A DNA stretch of 64,000 nucleotides from Pseudonocardiaceae bacterium (GTDB taxonomy: Bacteria > Actinomycetota > Actinomycetes > Mycobacteriales > Pseudonocardiaceae): positions 248 through 64,247 of the forward strand of contig WHTH01000017.1 of the NCBI GenBank assembly GCA_009377865.1, written 5' to 3'. Of this stretch, positions 42,233 to 52,792 are shown one piece after another. Numbering within the stretch: the stretch's first letter is position 1; every line of letters begins with the position of its first letter. The notes below the pieces were generated by a model. It ran no database searches, was not told the origin of the DNA, and saw only the letters and a program-made list of their open reading frames with translations. Position numbers and translations under genes: made by a program.

Positions 42233-42969
42233 GCATCCCCGCGCTGCGGGTCTCGGAGTTGCGCTTCGACTACCCCGACGGCCACCGTGCACTCGACAGC
42301 ATCGACCTGGCCGTCGCGCCCGGCGAGCGGGTCGCGTTGCTCGGACCCAACGGCGCCGGCAAGACGACCCTGGTGCTGCAGCTCAACGGAGTGCTGCGCC
42401 CCTCCTCGGGCAGCGTCGAGGTGAGCGGGCTGCCGGTCCGCGCCGAGCACCTGCGCGAGATCCGCCGCCGGGTGGGCATCGTGTTCCAGGACCCCGACGA
42501 CCAGCTCTTCATGCCGACGGTGGCCGAAGACGTTGCGTTCGGGCCGGCCAACTTCGGGGTGCGGGGCCCGGAGCTCGACGCGCGGGTTCACGACGCACTC
42601 ACCGCGGTGGACATGGCCGGCCACGCCGGGCGCTCACCACTGCACCTGTCGGGCGGGCAGCGCAAACGGGTGGCGCTGGCCACCGTGCTCGCCTGCGATC
42701 CCGAGGTGCTGGTGATCGACGAGCCGTCCTCGAACCTCGACCCGGTCGCGCGCAGGGAACTCGCCGAGGTGCTGCTGCGGCTCGACCGCACGATGCTCAT
42801 GGTCACCCACGATCTGCCCTACGCGCTGCAGCTGTGTCCGCGCAGTGTCGTGCTCGACGACGGCAGAGTGGTCGCCGACGGGCCGACCCGAGAGCTGCTC
42901 GCCGACCCCGAGTTGCTGTCCCGGCACCGGCTGGAGCTTCCCTACGGCTTCACGCTCGCGGGGGGCTGA
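42229..42969 (+). CDS. cbiO: ECF transporter ATPase CbiO (ABC ATP-binding protein)
   Basis: The GTG at 42229 overlaps the cbiQ stop. Walker A is GPNGAGKTT, the ABC signature is LSGGQRKRVA and Walker B is VLVIDEP. Confidence 0.85.
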   Translation: MSIPALRVSELRFDYPDGHRALDSIDLAVAPGERVALLGPNGAGKTTLVLQLNGVLRPSSGSVEVSGLPVRAEHLREIRRRVGIVFQDPDDQLFMPTVAEDVAFGPANFGVRGPELDARVHDALTAVDMAGHAGRSPLHLSGGQRKRVALATVLACDPEVLVIDEPSSNLDPVARRELAEVLLRLDRTMLMVTHDLPYALQLCPRSVVLDDGRVVADGPTRELLADPELLSRHRLELPYGFTLAGG

Positions 42970-42971
42970 GC

Positions 42972-44273
42972 TCAGCCGTCGCGGCGCTGCTCCGGCTCGG
43001 CCGACGTCTCCAGATCGTCGGACCCTCCTGCTGTTCCGGTGGACGACCGCGGCTCCGGCGCTGGGGGCGGCTCCGGCGGTGCGGGCGTCGCCATGTCGCC
43101 GACCGCGGGACCGCGTTCGACGGCTGCCGGGCTGCCGGCGGAGATCGAGGGGCGGCCCCCGCTCATCGCGCTGGGGACTTCCTTGCGGGCCACCTCCTCG
43201 GCCGCGCGCACGGCCGCCGCGACCTCCGGGTTGGTGGAGGTGTCGAACCAGTCCGCGACGGATTCCTCGTACTCCTCGGGGCGGCTGTCGGGAACCCGCT
43301 CCTCGCTGGGCTCGAACCGGAATACTCCGTCGTCGCCCGGAGCGCCAAGCATCCGGGTGAAGCCCTCCAGGGCCTTGCCGAAGTCGCTGGGGACCATCCA
43401 CACCTTGTTCGCGTCGCCCTGCGCCATCTCCGGCAACGTCTGCAGGTACTGGTAGGCCAGCAGCTCCGGGGTCGGCCGTGCGGCCTTGATCGCGGCGAAG
43501 GTCTTCTCGATCGCCTTGGCCTCGCCCTGTGCCTGCAGGTAGCGCGCGGCACGCTCACCCTGGGCCCGCAGGATCTGGGACTGTCGCTCGGCCTCGGCGT
43601 CGAGGATCGCGGCCTGCTTGGACCCCTCGGCGGACAGGATCTTGGACTGCTTCTCGCCCTCGGCGGTCTTGATCGCCGACTCGCGCTGCCCCTCGGCCGA
43701 CAGGATCGTCGCGCGCTTCTCACGGTCGGCGCGCATCTGCTTCTCCATCGAGTCCTGGATCGACGGCGGCGGGTCGATCGCCTTGAGCTCGACCCGGGCG
43801 ACCCGGATGCCCCACCGCCCGGTGGTCTCGTCGAGCACCACGCGCAGCTGCGTGTTGATCGCGTCCCGGGAGGTCAGCGTCTCCTCCAGGCTCATCCCGC
43901 CGACGACATTGCGCAGCGTCGTGGTGGTGAGCTGCTCCGCGGCGTTGATGTAGCTGTTGATCTCGTAGACCGCATCGTGCGGATTGGTCACCTGGAAGTA
44001 GACGACCGTGTCGATGTTCACGGTGAGGTTGTCCTGGGTGATCACCGGCTGCGGCGGGAAGGACACCACCTGCTCGCGCAGGTCGATGCGGGCCCGGATC
44101 CGGTCGATGAACGGCACCAGGAAGTTCAGCCCGGGCGCGGCGGTGGTGCGGTAGCGGCCGAGCCGCTCGATCACCGCGGCGGTCGCCTGCGGTATCACAA
44201 CGACGGACTTGACGACCGTGATCACGATCGCCAGCAGCACGACCGCGATGACGACGAGAGTGACAGGATCCAT
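42972..44273 (-). CDS. SPFH/band-7 (stomatin-like) membrane protein with a long acidic/Pro-rich tail
   Basis: An N-terminal TM segment is followed by VVIPQATAAVIERLGRY..., ...TQDNLTVNIDTVVYFQV... and ...IRVARVELKAIDPP.... Confidence 0.8.
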   Translation of the reverse strand: MDPVTLVVIAVVLLAIVITVVKSVVVIPQATAAVIERLGRYRTTAAPGLNFLVPFIDRIRARIDLREQVVSFPPQPVITQDNLTVNIDTVVYFQVTNPHDAVYEINSYINAAEQLTTTTLRNVVGGMSLEETLTSRDAINTQLRVVLDETTGRWGIRVARVELKAIDPPPSIQDSMEKQMRADREKRATILSAEGQRESAIKTAEGEKQSKILSAEGSKQAAILDAEAERQSQILRAQGERAARYLQAQGEAKAIEKTFAAIKAARPTPELLAYQYLQTLPEMAQGDANKVWMVPSDFGKALEGFTRMLGAPGDDGVFRFEPSEERVPDSRPEEYEESVADWFDTSTNPEVAAAVRAAEEVARKEVPSAMSGGRPSISAGSPAAVERGPAVGDMATPAPPEPPPAPEPRSSTGTAGGSDDLETSAEPEQRRDG

Positions 44274-44701
44274 TACGGCTCCCCCAATACGACGGCTGTG
44301 GCACCTGCGATGTCCATGACGGTGACGGCGCGACCCGGCTCGAGCACCTCGCTCTCGTCGAACGCGCGGGCCGACCAGACCTCACCCTTGAGCTTGACCT
44401 GGCCACGGTGCGCATCGACCGTCTCGATGACGACACCCTGGCCCCCCAGCAGCGCCTCGGCGTTGGTCCGGCTGATCTCGACCGGTTGCAGCCGGCGTTT
44501 GAGCACCGGGCGGGCGAGTGTGACCAGGCCCAGCGACGTCACCGCGAACACCAGCACGTCGACCCAGACGGGCGCGGACAGCGCGGCCGAGCCTGCCGCC
44601 GCCAGCGCCGCGACACCGAGCATGACCAGGACGAACTCCCCCGAAAGCGCCTCGGCGGCGATCAGCAGGACTCCGACGATGAGCCACACCACTGCCACCA
44701 T
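44273..44701 (-). CDS. NfeD-family membrane protein
   Basis: Two TM segments and then an OB-fold tail (GQGVVIETVDAHRGQVKLKGEVWSAR). Its stop shares one nucleotide with the SPFH start (TAATG). Confidence 0.75.
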   Translation of the reverse strand: MVAVVWLIVGVLLIAAEALSGEFVLVMLGVAALAAAGSAALSAPVWVDVLVFAVTSLGLVTLARPVLKRRLQPVEISRTNAEALLGGQGVVIETVDAHRGQVKLKGEVWSARAFDESEVLEPGRAVTVMDIAGATAVVLGEP

Positions 44702-44803
44702 ATGTCCATTCTGTCAGAGCCCGGGCATCGGCTGGGGTGCCGATGTGCACGAACCCTCGCCCGAGATCTAACCTGTGCCCCCGTGCCACGTCCCAGCGCC
44801 ACC

Positions 44804-45577
44804 ATGACCGTGTGGGCCTCCGCCTGGCTGCACGGCTCCGCCGCCCCCGACGACGTCATCGACGCCCTGCACACCTGGGCGCAGCGCCACGAGGTCACCG
44901 CGGCCGACGACGACACCGCCCGGCAGCTCGAACTGCCGGGCCCGCATGACGTACCCACCTCGGTGGTGGGCCTGCTGGCTGCCGCCCGCCGAGCCGGCGC
45001 CCACGGCAGTCGGCTGTTGCTGCCGGTCTCCGGCGACGTGCGTGGCCTGCCGGCCGCCGAGGACCTCACGCCGGCCGCGCTTCACGCCGGCGAGGTCACG
45101 CTCCTGGCCGGCGCCGACCTGGCGGTCGTGCCCGAGCCGGTCGCCGACTGCGTATTACGCTGGACCGTGTTCCGCTCGGGCCCGCTGCCGCCCGCCGAGG
45201 AGCCACTGCTGGCCGAAGCCGAACACGGGCTGCGCGGCGCGGTCCGGCAGGCCGCGACCACCCTGGTGGACCTCGACGTCGCGCGGCACCGCCCCGGAGT
45301 GCGCGACGAGATCGCCGGACGGCTCGAGACGCGGATACGCCCGCCGTGGCCCGCGGGTATGCCGGGCCGGGCGCTGCGCGTCTTCGAGCAGGCCGACGAG
45401 GTCGAGGCGATCCTGGCGGCCGCCGACATCGACGACCCCGGTGGCGCGCTGTCGGCGCCGACTGCGGCCGCGCGGTCGGCGGCACTGCGACCGCTGGCGA
45501 CGATGGTGCGCGAGGCTCGCCGGGCAGCGGTGGCCGAGGCTGTCCGGGCACTCACCCAGGGCGTCGACCGGCACTGA
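44804..45577 (+). CDS. Conserved hypothetical protein, in the position equivalent to Rv1486c
   Basis: ORF 44408-45577 was trimmed to the ATG at 44804 ([23 protein letters not shown]...). No motif was recognised. Its 3' end overlaps convergent hemH by 26 nt. Confidence 0.5.
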   Translation: MTVWASAWLHGSAAPDDVIDALHTWAQRHEVTAADDDTARQLELPGPHDVPTSVVGLLAAARRAGAHGSRLLLPVSGDVRGLPAAEDLTPAALHAGEVTLLAGADLAVVPEPVADCVLRWTVFRSGPLPPAEEPLLAEAEHGLRGAVRQAATTLVDLDVARHRPGVRDEIAGRLETRIRPPWPAGMPGRALRVFEQADEVEAILAAADIDDPGGALSAPTAAARSAALRPLATMVREARRAAVAEAVRALTQGVDRH

Positions 45578-46625
45578 TCCGTTCACAGCAGCCGGGGGCG
45601 CACGGCGCGCCGTCAGCCGCGCAGCCCGCGGCCGGGACCGTCGAGAGCCGGCGCTGCGGAACCCCTGCGGTGTGCTCCGAGACCAGCTCCGCCACCATCC
45701 GCGCGAAGCGCGGATCCGTGCCGGGGGTGGCAGCCCTGGCGAACCGCAGCCCCAACTCGGCGGCGCGCTGCGCGGCCTCGTGGTCGAGGTCCCACACGAC
45801 CTCGAGATGGTCGGAGACGAACCCGACCGGGACGAGCGCGACCCCGTCGACACCCGCGGCCGGCAGCGTCTCGAGGTGGTCGACGAGGTCGGGCTCGAGC
45901 CACGGCAGCTGCGGCGGGCCCGAGCGCGACTGCCACACCACGTCGTAGTCCTCGGTCCCGATCCCGGCTGCCACCAGCCGGGACGCCTCGGCGACCTGCC
46001 TCGAGTAGCGATGACCGCCCTGCTCGGGCAGGCCCGCCGCGGCATCAGCGGCCAGCGGCACGGAATGGGCGGTGAACACCAGGCGCGCGCCGGACCCCGC
46101 CTGGCGCCGTGCCTGCACGGCCGCGTCGGAATTGGCCGCGACGAACAGCGGGTGGTCGAAGAAGTGGCGCAGTTTGACCAGCTGCGGCGCCGTGGCGCCG
46201 ACGGCGAAACGAGCCCTGGCGATGTCCTCGTGGTACTGTCGGCACCCGGAGTAGCCGCCCCAGGCCGACGTGGCGAACACCAGCGCTCGGCGCACCCCGT
46301 CGCGCGCCATCGCCGCCACCGTGTCCTCGACCATCGGGTACCAGTTGCGGTTACCGAAGTAGACGGGCATCGCGGGCCCGGCGATCACCAGCTCCCGCTG
46401 GACGGCCGTGATGAGCTCCCGGTTGAGCCGATTGATCGGCGAGACGCCGCCGAACGCCAGGTAGTGCTCGGCGACCTCGTCGAGCCGCTCGGCGGGCACC
46501 CCACGGCCACGGGTGACGTTCTCGAGGAACGGTCGCACGTCATCGGGCCCCTCCGGCCCGCCGAACGAGAGCACCAGCAGGGCGTCGGCGTGTGACCCGG
46601 TGCCCTCGACCCCGGGGCTGGTCAC
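45552..46625 (-). CDS. hemH: Ferrochelatase (actinobacterial coproporphyrin ferrochelatase type)
   Basis: Contains [22 protein letters not shown], ...FTAHSVP... and ...[15 protein letters not shown].... The C-terminal Cys cluster [13 protein letters not shown] plus an internal GCRQY are consistent with a [2Fe-2S] site. Confidence 0.85.
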   Translation of the reverse strand: MTSPGVEGTGSHADALLVLSFGGPEGPDDVRPFLENVTRGRGVPAERLDEVAEHYLAFGGVSPINRLNRELITAVQRELVIAGPAMPVYFGNRNWYPMVEDTVAAMARDGVRRALVFATSAWGGYSGCRQYHEDIARARFAVGATAPQLVKLRHFFDHPLFVAANSDAAVQARRQAGSGARLVFTAHSVPLAADAAAGLPEQGGHRYSRQVAEASRLVAAGIGTEDYDVVWQSRSGPPQLPWLEPDLVDHLETLPAAGVDGVALVPVGFVSDHLEVVWDLDHEAAQRAAELGLRFARAATPGTDPRFARMVAELVSEHTAGVPQRRLSTVPAAGCAADGAPCAPGCCERISAGRRPG

Positions 46626-46628
46626 AGG

Positions 46629-47396
46629 TCAGACGCCGATGGCGTGAAAACCACCGTCCGCCCAGATCATCGAGCCGGTGGTGGCCGGTAGCCAGTCCGA
46701 CAGCACCGCGCAGCACGTCCGGGCCACCGGCGTCGGGTCGTCGATGTCCCAGCCCAGTGGCGCCCGCTTGTCCCAGGCGGCCTCGAACGCATCGAAGCCC
46801 GGGATGGACCGTGCGGCCATCGTGCGGACCGGCCCCGCCGCCACCAGGTTGACCCGGATGCCGTCGGGACCCAGATCACGGGCGAGATAGCGACACACCG
46901 ACTCGAGCGCCGATTTCGCCACCCCCATCCAGTCGTAGCCGGGCCAGGCCTGCCGGTTGTCGAAGTCCATCCCGACGATCGACGAGCCCCGGCCCAGCAG
47001 CGGGCGGCACGCCACCGCAAGAGACTTCAACGAGTACGCCGAGACCTGCATCGCGGTGGCGACGTCCTCCCACGGCGCGTTGAGGAACTCCCCGCCCAGG
47101 CAGGACTCCGGGGCGAAGCCGATCGAGTGCAACACCCCGTCCAGCCCGTCGACGTGTTCGCCCACCCGCTGTGCCAGCGAGTCCAGCTGCTCCTGGTTCT
47201 GCACGTCGAGCTCCAGCACCGGCGCCGGCTGCGGCAGCCGTCCCGCGATGCGCTCGACCAGGCTCAGCCGCCCGAACCCGGTCAGCACGACCTGCGCGCC
47301 CTGCTCCTGCGCGGCACGCGCCACGTGGAACGCGATGGACGCATCCGTGATCACACCGGTCACCAGCAGCCGCTTACCCTCGAGCAGTCCCGCCAC
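46629..47396 (-). CDS. inhA: NADH-dependent enoyl-ACP reductase (InhA type)
   Basis: Near-colinear with M. tuberculosis InhA as remembered: [41 protein letters not shown]..., [14 protein letters not shown] and [10 protein letters not shown]. Confidence 0.9.
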   Translation of the reverse strand: MAGLLEGKRLLVTGVITDASIAFHVARAAQEQGAQVVLTGFGRLSLVERIAGRLPQPAPVLELDVQNQEQLDSLAQRVGEHVDGLDGVLHSIGFAPESCLGGEFLNAPWEDVATAMQVSAYSLKSLAVACRPLLGRGSSIVGMDFDNRQAWPGYDWMGVAKSALESVCRYLARDLGPDGIRVNLVAAGPVRTMAARSIPGFDAFEAAWDKRAPLGWDIDDPTPVARTCCAVLSDWLPATTGSMIWADGGFHAIGV

Positions 47397-47472
47397 GACT
47401 CTTCCTCCTGTGTCAGATCCGGCCCCTGTATCGATTCGGCCCGAGCCCTGGTGGCTAACCGAAAGTTTGGGA

Positions 47473-48222
<750 letters not shown>

Positions 48223-48228
48223 CTACCG

Positions 48229-49209
48229 TCACGGCAGCCGCTGGCCGAATCCAAGGGCCACCCCGACAGCGGCCATCACGGTGATCGTGCCGAGGGCGTA
48301 CCAGGGCTTGCTCGCATCCTTGCGCTTGATCTCGTACCCGATCTGCTCGCTCAGTGTGGAGTACACCTCATCCAGCTCACCGGCAGTGGCCGCGTTGTAG
48401 AACTCACCGCCCGACAGCCTGGCGATCTCCCTCATCGACTCGTCGTCGACCTTGACGGGTATCCGCTCGCCCTGGATGTCGACCGCGCCGTACTCGGTTC
48501 CGAAGGAGATCGTCGAGATCGGGACCTTCGCCTCGGCTGCGGCCCGGGCGGCGGTGAACGCTCCCCGCTCGTCGTTCTGGTCCGGCGGGATGGTCTGCTT
48601 CCCGTCGGTGAGCAGGACGACGCGTGCCGGTGGCGGCCCCTGGGTGTCACCCACGATCTGGCCGAACGTGTCGATGGCCTGCAAGGCTGCGTAGACGGCC
48701 TCGCCGGTCGCCGTCGCCTCGGCGAGCGTGAGGTTCGCGATGGCCCCCTTGACCGGCGCCCGCTCGGTGGTCGGCGACACGAGCACCGTCGGCGAGCCCG
48801 CGAACGACACCAACCCGAGGTTGACGCCCGGTGTGAGGTCGTCGGCGAATGTCGACGCCGCCCGCTGCGCCGCCGTGAGCCTGCTGGGTGTGACGTCGGA
48901 CGCCTGCATCGACAGCGACACGTCGATTACCAGCATCACCGTCGCGCGGTTGCGTGGCACCTTCGCCTCGGCCGTCGGCCCGGCCAGTGCCACGGTGAAC
49001 ATCATCAGCGCGACGAGCAGCAGCGCGGCGGGGATGTGCCGCGGCCACCCGGGGCGGCGCGGCGCCACCCGCTCCAGCATCGCGAGGTTGGCGAACCGCA
49101 GCGTGTGCCGGCGCCGCCGCCGCTGCGACCAGCCATAGCCGACGACCAACGCTGCCACCACGGCGAACAGCACGAACCAGATCGGTGCGGTGAACTCCCC
49201 GAAACTCAT
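48229..49209 (-). CDS. VWA-domain membrane protein (BatA/Rv1481-like)
   Basis: Has N- and C-terminal TM segments and the MIDAS motif VIDVSLSM. Its start abuts the DUF58 stop. Confidence 0.8.
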   Translation of the reverse strand: MSFGEFTAPIWFVLFAVVAALVVGYGWSQRRRRRHTLRFANLAMLERVAPRRPGWPRHIPAALLLVALMMFTVALAGPTAEAKVPRNRATVMLVIDVSLSMQASDVTPSRLTAAQRAASTFADDLTPGVNLGLVSFAGSPTVLVSPTTERAPVKGAIANLTLAEATATGEAVYAALQAIDTFGQIVGDTQGPPPARVVLLTDGKQTIPPDQNDERGAFTAARAAAEAKVPISTISFGTEYGAVDIQGERIPVKVDDESMREIARLSGGEFYNAATAGELDEVYSTLSEQIGYEIKRKDASKPWYALGTITVMAAVGVALGFGQRLP

Positions 49210-50175
49210 TCACACCCCTCCAGACCAGCGGCGCTTGCGCGCGAGGACGAACCGCACAACATCGGCGACCCAGTCCGAATCGGTGCGCAGCACGAGATGC
49301 CCGGCGCCGGTGCGGCGCAAAGCCGCGGCGACCTCGTCACGATGTGCGGCGGCAGCGGCCGCGAACTCGCGGCGCAGCAACCGTGTGGTGGCGACCTCCT
49401 TCTGCCGGCCGGTCTCCGGGTCGGCGAGCACGACGGTGCCGACGTCGGGCAGCTCGAGGTCCCGCGGATCGAGCACCTCGACCGCGAGCAGGTCGTGGCG
49501 CGCCGACAGCGCCCGCAGCGGCCGCTCCCACTCGAACATCTCCCCGTCCCCGCCGGGGCCGAGGAAGTCCGAGACGACCGCGATCAGCCCCCGGCGTCGG
49601 GGCGGGCGTCGCAACTGCTCCAGCATTGCGGCCAGATCGCCACGGGTGCCCTCGGCGGCGCGCGGTAGCTCGGCGATGCGCCGGATCAGCCCGCGGGCGT
49701 GCGCCAGCCCCCCGCGCGCGGGCAGCCGCATGGTGTCGGCACCGGTGTTGACCACTGCCCCGACACGGTTGCCGCCGCCCCTGGTGAGGTGTGCGATCGC
49801 CGCCGACGCCGCCACTGCCAGCTCCCGCTTGTCGCACTCTGCGGTACCGAAGTCCAGGCTGGGCGATAGGTCGACGGCGAGCCAGGTCTCCAGCTCCCGG
49901 TCGGCGACTGTGTCGCGGATGTGTGGCCCGCCCATCCGCGCGGTGACCGCCCAGTCCATCCGCCGCACGTCATCGCCTGGTTCGTAGGGCCGTGCCTCCC
50001 CCGGCTCGGTGCCGGGACCCGGTACCAGCCCCAGGTGGTTGCCCTGCAGCAGCCCATCGAGCCGGCGGCGGACGGTCAGCTCTAGTGCTCGCAGCCCCGC
50101 CTCCATCCGACCGGTTCGCAGCGCCGGTGGTGCCCACGATGCCCGGGCTGCGCCGGTGCCCGCGGCCACTGTCAC
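49210..50175 (-). CDS. DUF58-domain protein (Rv1480-like)
   Basis: Trimmed to the GTG at 50175 (GTGA overlap with the moxR stop). The hallmark YEPGDDVRRMDW is present. Confidence 0.8.
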   Translation of the reverse strand: MTVAAGTGAARASWAPPALRTGRMEAGLRALELTVRRRLDGLLQGNHLGLVPGPGTEPGEARPYEPGDDVRRMDWAVTARMGGPHIRDTVADRELETWLAVDLSPSLDFGTAECDKRELAVAASAAIAHLTRGGGNRVGAVVNTGADTMRLPARGGLAHARGLIRRIAELPRAAEGTRGDLAAMLEQLRRPPRRRGLIAVVSDFLGPGGDGEMFEWERPLRALSARHDLLAVEVLDPRDLELPDVGTVVLADPETGRQKEVATTRLLRREFAAAAAAHRDEVAAALRRTGAGHLVLRTDSDWVADVVRFVLARKRRWSGGV

Positions 50176-51257
50176 GGCCGTCCGGTGACCCCGGCCGGCG
50201 CGTGCTCCCCGGACGGGCCTGGCTGCGGCCGTGCCGAGACCTGTGGCAACGGTACGGTCTGCAGTACTCGCGTCACGATGTGCTCGACCGGCACTCCGTC
50301 GGCCAGCGCGTCGTAGGAGAGCACCAGCCGGTGGCGCAGCACGTCGGACGCGACGTCGACCACGTCCTGCGGCAGCACGTAGTCGCGACCGCGCAGCAGG
50401 GCCAGCGCCCGGCCCGAGGCGATGATGCCCAGCGTCGCGCGCGGCGAGGCGCCGTAGGCCACCCAACCGGCCACATCGGACAGGCCGTGATCGCCGGGGG
50501 TGCGGGTGGCCGACACCAGCCGCACGGTGTAGTCGACCAGCGCGTGGTGGACGAACACCCGGGACGCGACATCCTGCAGCCGGGTCAGCTCTCCGGGATC
50601 GAGCACCCGGTGCGGCGTCGGCGGGGTGACGCCCATCCGGTAGACGATCTCCCGTTCCTCCTCGACGGTCGGGTACTCCACCGGGATCTTGAACAGGAAG
50701 CGGTCGCGCTGCGCCTCGGGCAGCGGGTAGACCCCCTCGTTCTCGATCGGGTTCTGGGTGGCCAGCACCAGGAACGGGTCGGGCATCGGATGGGTCTGCC
50801 CGCCGATCGAGACGTGCCGCTCGGCCATCACCTCGAGCAACGCGGACTGCACCTTCGCCGGCGCGCGGTTGATCTCGTCGGCGAGCACGAAGTTGGCGAC
50901 GACCGGGCCGAGCTCGACGTCGAAGCGCTCACTGCTCTGCCGATAGATCCGGGTGCCGAGGATGTCGGCGGGGACCAGGTCAGGAGTGAACTGCAGCCTG
51001 GCGAACGAGCCGCCGACCACCCGCGCGACGGTCTCCACCGCGAGCGTCTTCGCGACACCGGGGACGCCCTCGAGCAGCAGGTGACCCCGGGCGAGCAGTC
51101 CGACCAGCATCCGCTCGACCAGCCGGTCCTGCCCGACGATCACGCGCTTGACCTCGAAGACCGTCCGCTCCAGCAATTGAGCGTCACGGGCCGGCGTCGA
51201 CGGTGGTCCACCGCCGGCCTGCTGTGCATCGCCCTGCGCGGAGCCGGGTTCGGTCAC
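50172..51257 (-). CDS. moxR: MoxR-family AAA+ ATPase
   Basis: Trimmed to the GTG at 51257, preceded by GAGGAGGA. Walker A-like EGVPGVAKT, Walker B LADEINRAPAKVQSALLE, and ATQNP are present. Confidence 0.85.
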   Translation of the reverse strand: MTEPGSAQGDAQQAGGGPPSTPARDAQLLERTVFEVKRVIVGQDRLVERMLVGLLARGHLLLEGVPGVAKTLAVETVARVVGGSFARLQFTPDLVPADILGTRIYRQSSERFDVELGPVVANFVLADEINRAPAKVQSALLEVMAERHVSIGGQTHPMPDPFLVLATQNPIENEGVYPLPEAQRDRFLFKIPVEYPTVEEEREIVYRMGVTPPTPHRVLDPGELTRLQDVASRVFVHHALVDYTVRLVSATRTPGDHGLSDVAGWVAYGASPRATLGIIASGRALALLRGRDYVLPQDVVDVASDVLRHRLVLSYDALADGVPVEHIVTRVLQTVPLPQVSARPQPGPSGEHAPAGVTGRP

Positions 51258-51357
51258 GGGTCCTCCTCGTGCGTCGCGTCCTCTCGCGGGACGCCTGGCG
51301 GCGCCCGCACCGCCACGAGCGTAGGGGCCAGCCAACTCCGTCACCCGTGTGAGGCCC

Positions 51358-51375
51358 GTGAAGGTGCCCTGCCAC
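51358..51375. repeat. Partial, inverted copy of the GAAGGGCACCTTCAC element
   Basis: GTGAAGGTGCCCTGCCAC lies in the gap between the FG-GAP gene stop and the moxR start. Confidence 0.45.
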
Positions 51376-51392
51376 GCCCGAGCGACCGGTCG

Positions 51393-52554
51393 CTACCCGT
51401 GCAGTAGCACCGCTACCTTTCCCGACCGCAAGACCACAGCCACGTCGGTCTTGTCGTCTCCGTTGAGGTCGCCCACCGTGAACTCCCTGACCTGGTCCGG
51501 AGCCGTCTCGGCGCCCACCGGCGAGACCAGGAACGGTGAGTTCGGCGCGTGCTCGAACAGCCCGGTGGACGACCGGTCGCCGAGCAGGACGGCGATCCGC
51601 TGGGGGCCGCCCGCGGCTGCCGACGTCACCACCAGATCGGGGTGGTTGCGGGCCGACGCCTGCATGCTGCCCCTCATCTTGGCCGACCGGACGTACGCCG
51701 TCCGGGCGCCCTCGTCCGTGCCCGCCTGGTACGGAGATCCGGCCGCTTCAACGAAAGTGCCCCACGGCCGGTTGGCGAACACCGATATGCTCGGATCGGG
51801 CTGGGCCACACCCGTGTTCGCGGACGCGAAGTCCACGGTCTCGCTGTCATCGAAGTCGCCCAACGCCAGCGTGTGCGGGCGGGCCTTGTTCCCGCCGACG
51901 CCGAAGTTGTTCGCCCTGCCGGCATCGATCACCGTCGGCGCGCTCATCGTGCCCTCGCCGGTGCCGCGGAACATCAGGATCGGGCCGTTGTTGTTGCACG
52001 GAACCAGCAGGTCCGGTATGCCGTCACCGGTGAAGTCGTCGGCCGCCGGGAAGTGTGGCGAGTCACAGAACGGGTGACTGCCGACGTCGACCGTCTGGAC
52101 GAGTGCGAAGTTGCCGTTGCCGTCCCCGAGCAGCATCTGGACGGCGTCGGTGTTCTCGTTGTCGATGCCCATGTCAACGTTGCCGTCGCCGTTGAAGTCC
52201 GCTAGCCCCATCCCGAGCGGTCGCTGCCCCACCGGCATGATCTCGCGACTGAACACCGGATTCCCACTGCCGTCGACACCCCGGTTCAGGTACACGAGCA
52301 GCCAGCCAGGAACATTGTTTCCGGTCGGCGGTCCGGGTGGACTGCTCTGCGGCTGGCCCGCATCGAGGGCCAGCACGTCGTTCCGCCCGTCGTTCGGGTG
52401 CTCCCAGCAGGGGCGCGGGAGCAGCGTGGGTAGTCGCCATGCTGCTTACCATGGCGATGGCAGTGAACGCCGATACCACCGTAATAGTGCGCTTCAGGTT
52501 TCTTTTCCCTCGTTCATCTGGTGCTTTCCCACATCGACCCGGCTCGCGTCCCAA
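51393..52554 (-). pseudogene. FG-GAP/VCBS-repeat secreted protein, apparently frameshifted between the signal peptide and the repeat domain
   Basis: The frame of ORF 51393-52376 carries the repeats (DFNGDGNVD, DFTGDGIPD, GDFDDSETVD, GDLNGDDKTD). The signal-like segment KRTITVVSAFTAIAMVSSMATTHAAP is in the other frame (ORF 52174-52554). The two frames meet in a C-rich run around 52385-52420. Confidence 0.55.
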
Positions 52555-52792
52555 AACGAAGCCCTTCCCCGCGGCGACATGCGTGACCTGGCTTCGCCTT
52601 TCGCGCCGGAGCGGTCACAAAGTGCGTTGGGAACGCGACGTCCCTTCATGGGAAAATTGAGCGACCCGTTGGGCGGGCGCCCACCCTCAAACGGGCGCTC
52701 GGTGGCTGAAGCCTAGCCGACGATCGGTGCAGGTCAAGGCTTGGCTACGCGGCCGGTGGACGCGCTCACCACGGAGCCGGCCGCGGCTCTGC

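Noticed and set aside
42964-42977. 14-bp perfect palindrome GGCTGAGCTCAGCC containing the stop codons of the convergent cbiO and SPFH genes
   Set aside because: It is real in the sequence but short, and most simply a coincidence of two TGA stops 2 nt apart. There is no evidence of function.
42834-44771. 645-aa plus-strand ORF, the second-longest in this part of the window
   Set aside because: It is antisense to the well-supported SPFH and NfeD genes. Its translation is Arg/Gly/Pro/Leu-rich low-complexity sequence typical of the non-coding frame of high-GC genes, with no motifs.
44946-46595. 549-aa plus-strand ORF
   Set aside because: It overlaps the hypothetical gene out of frame and is antisense to ferrochelatase. 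Its composition is Arg/Pro-dominated.
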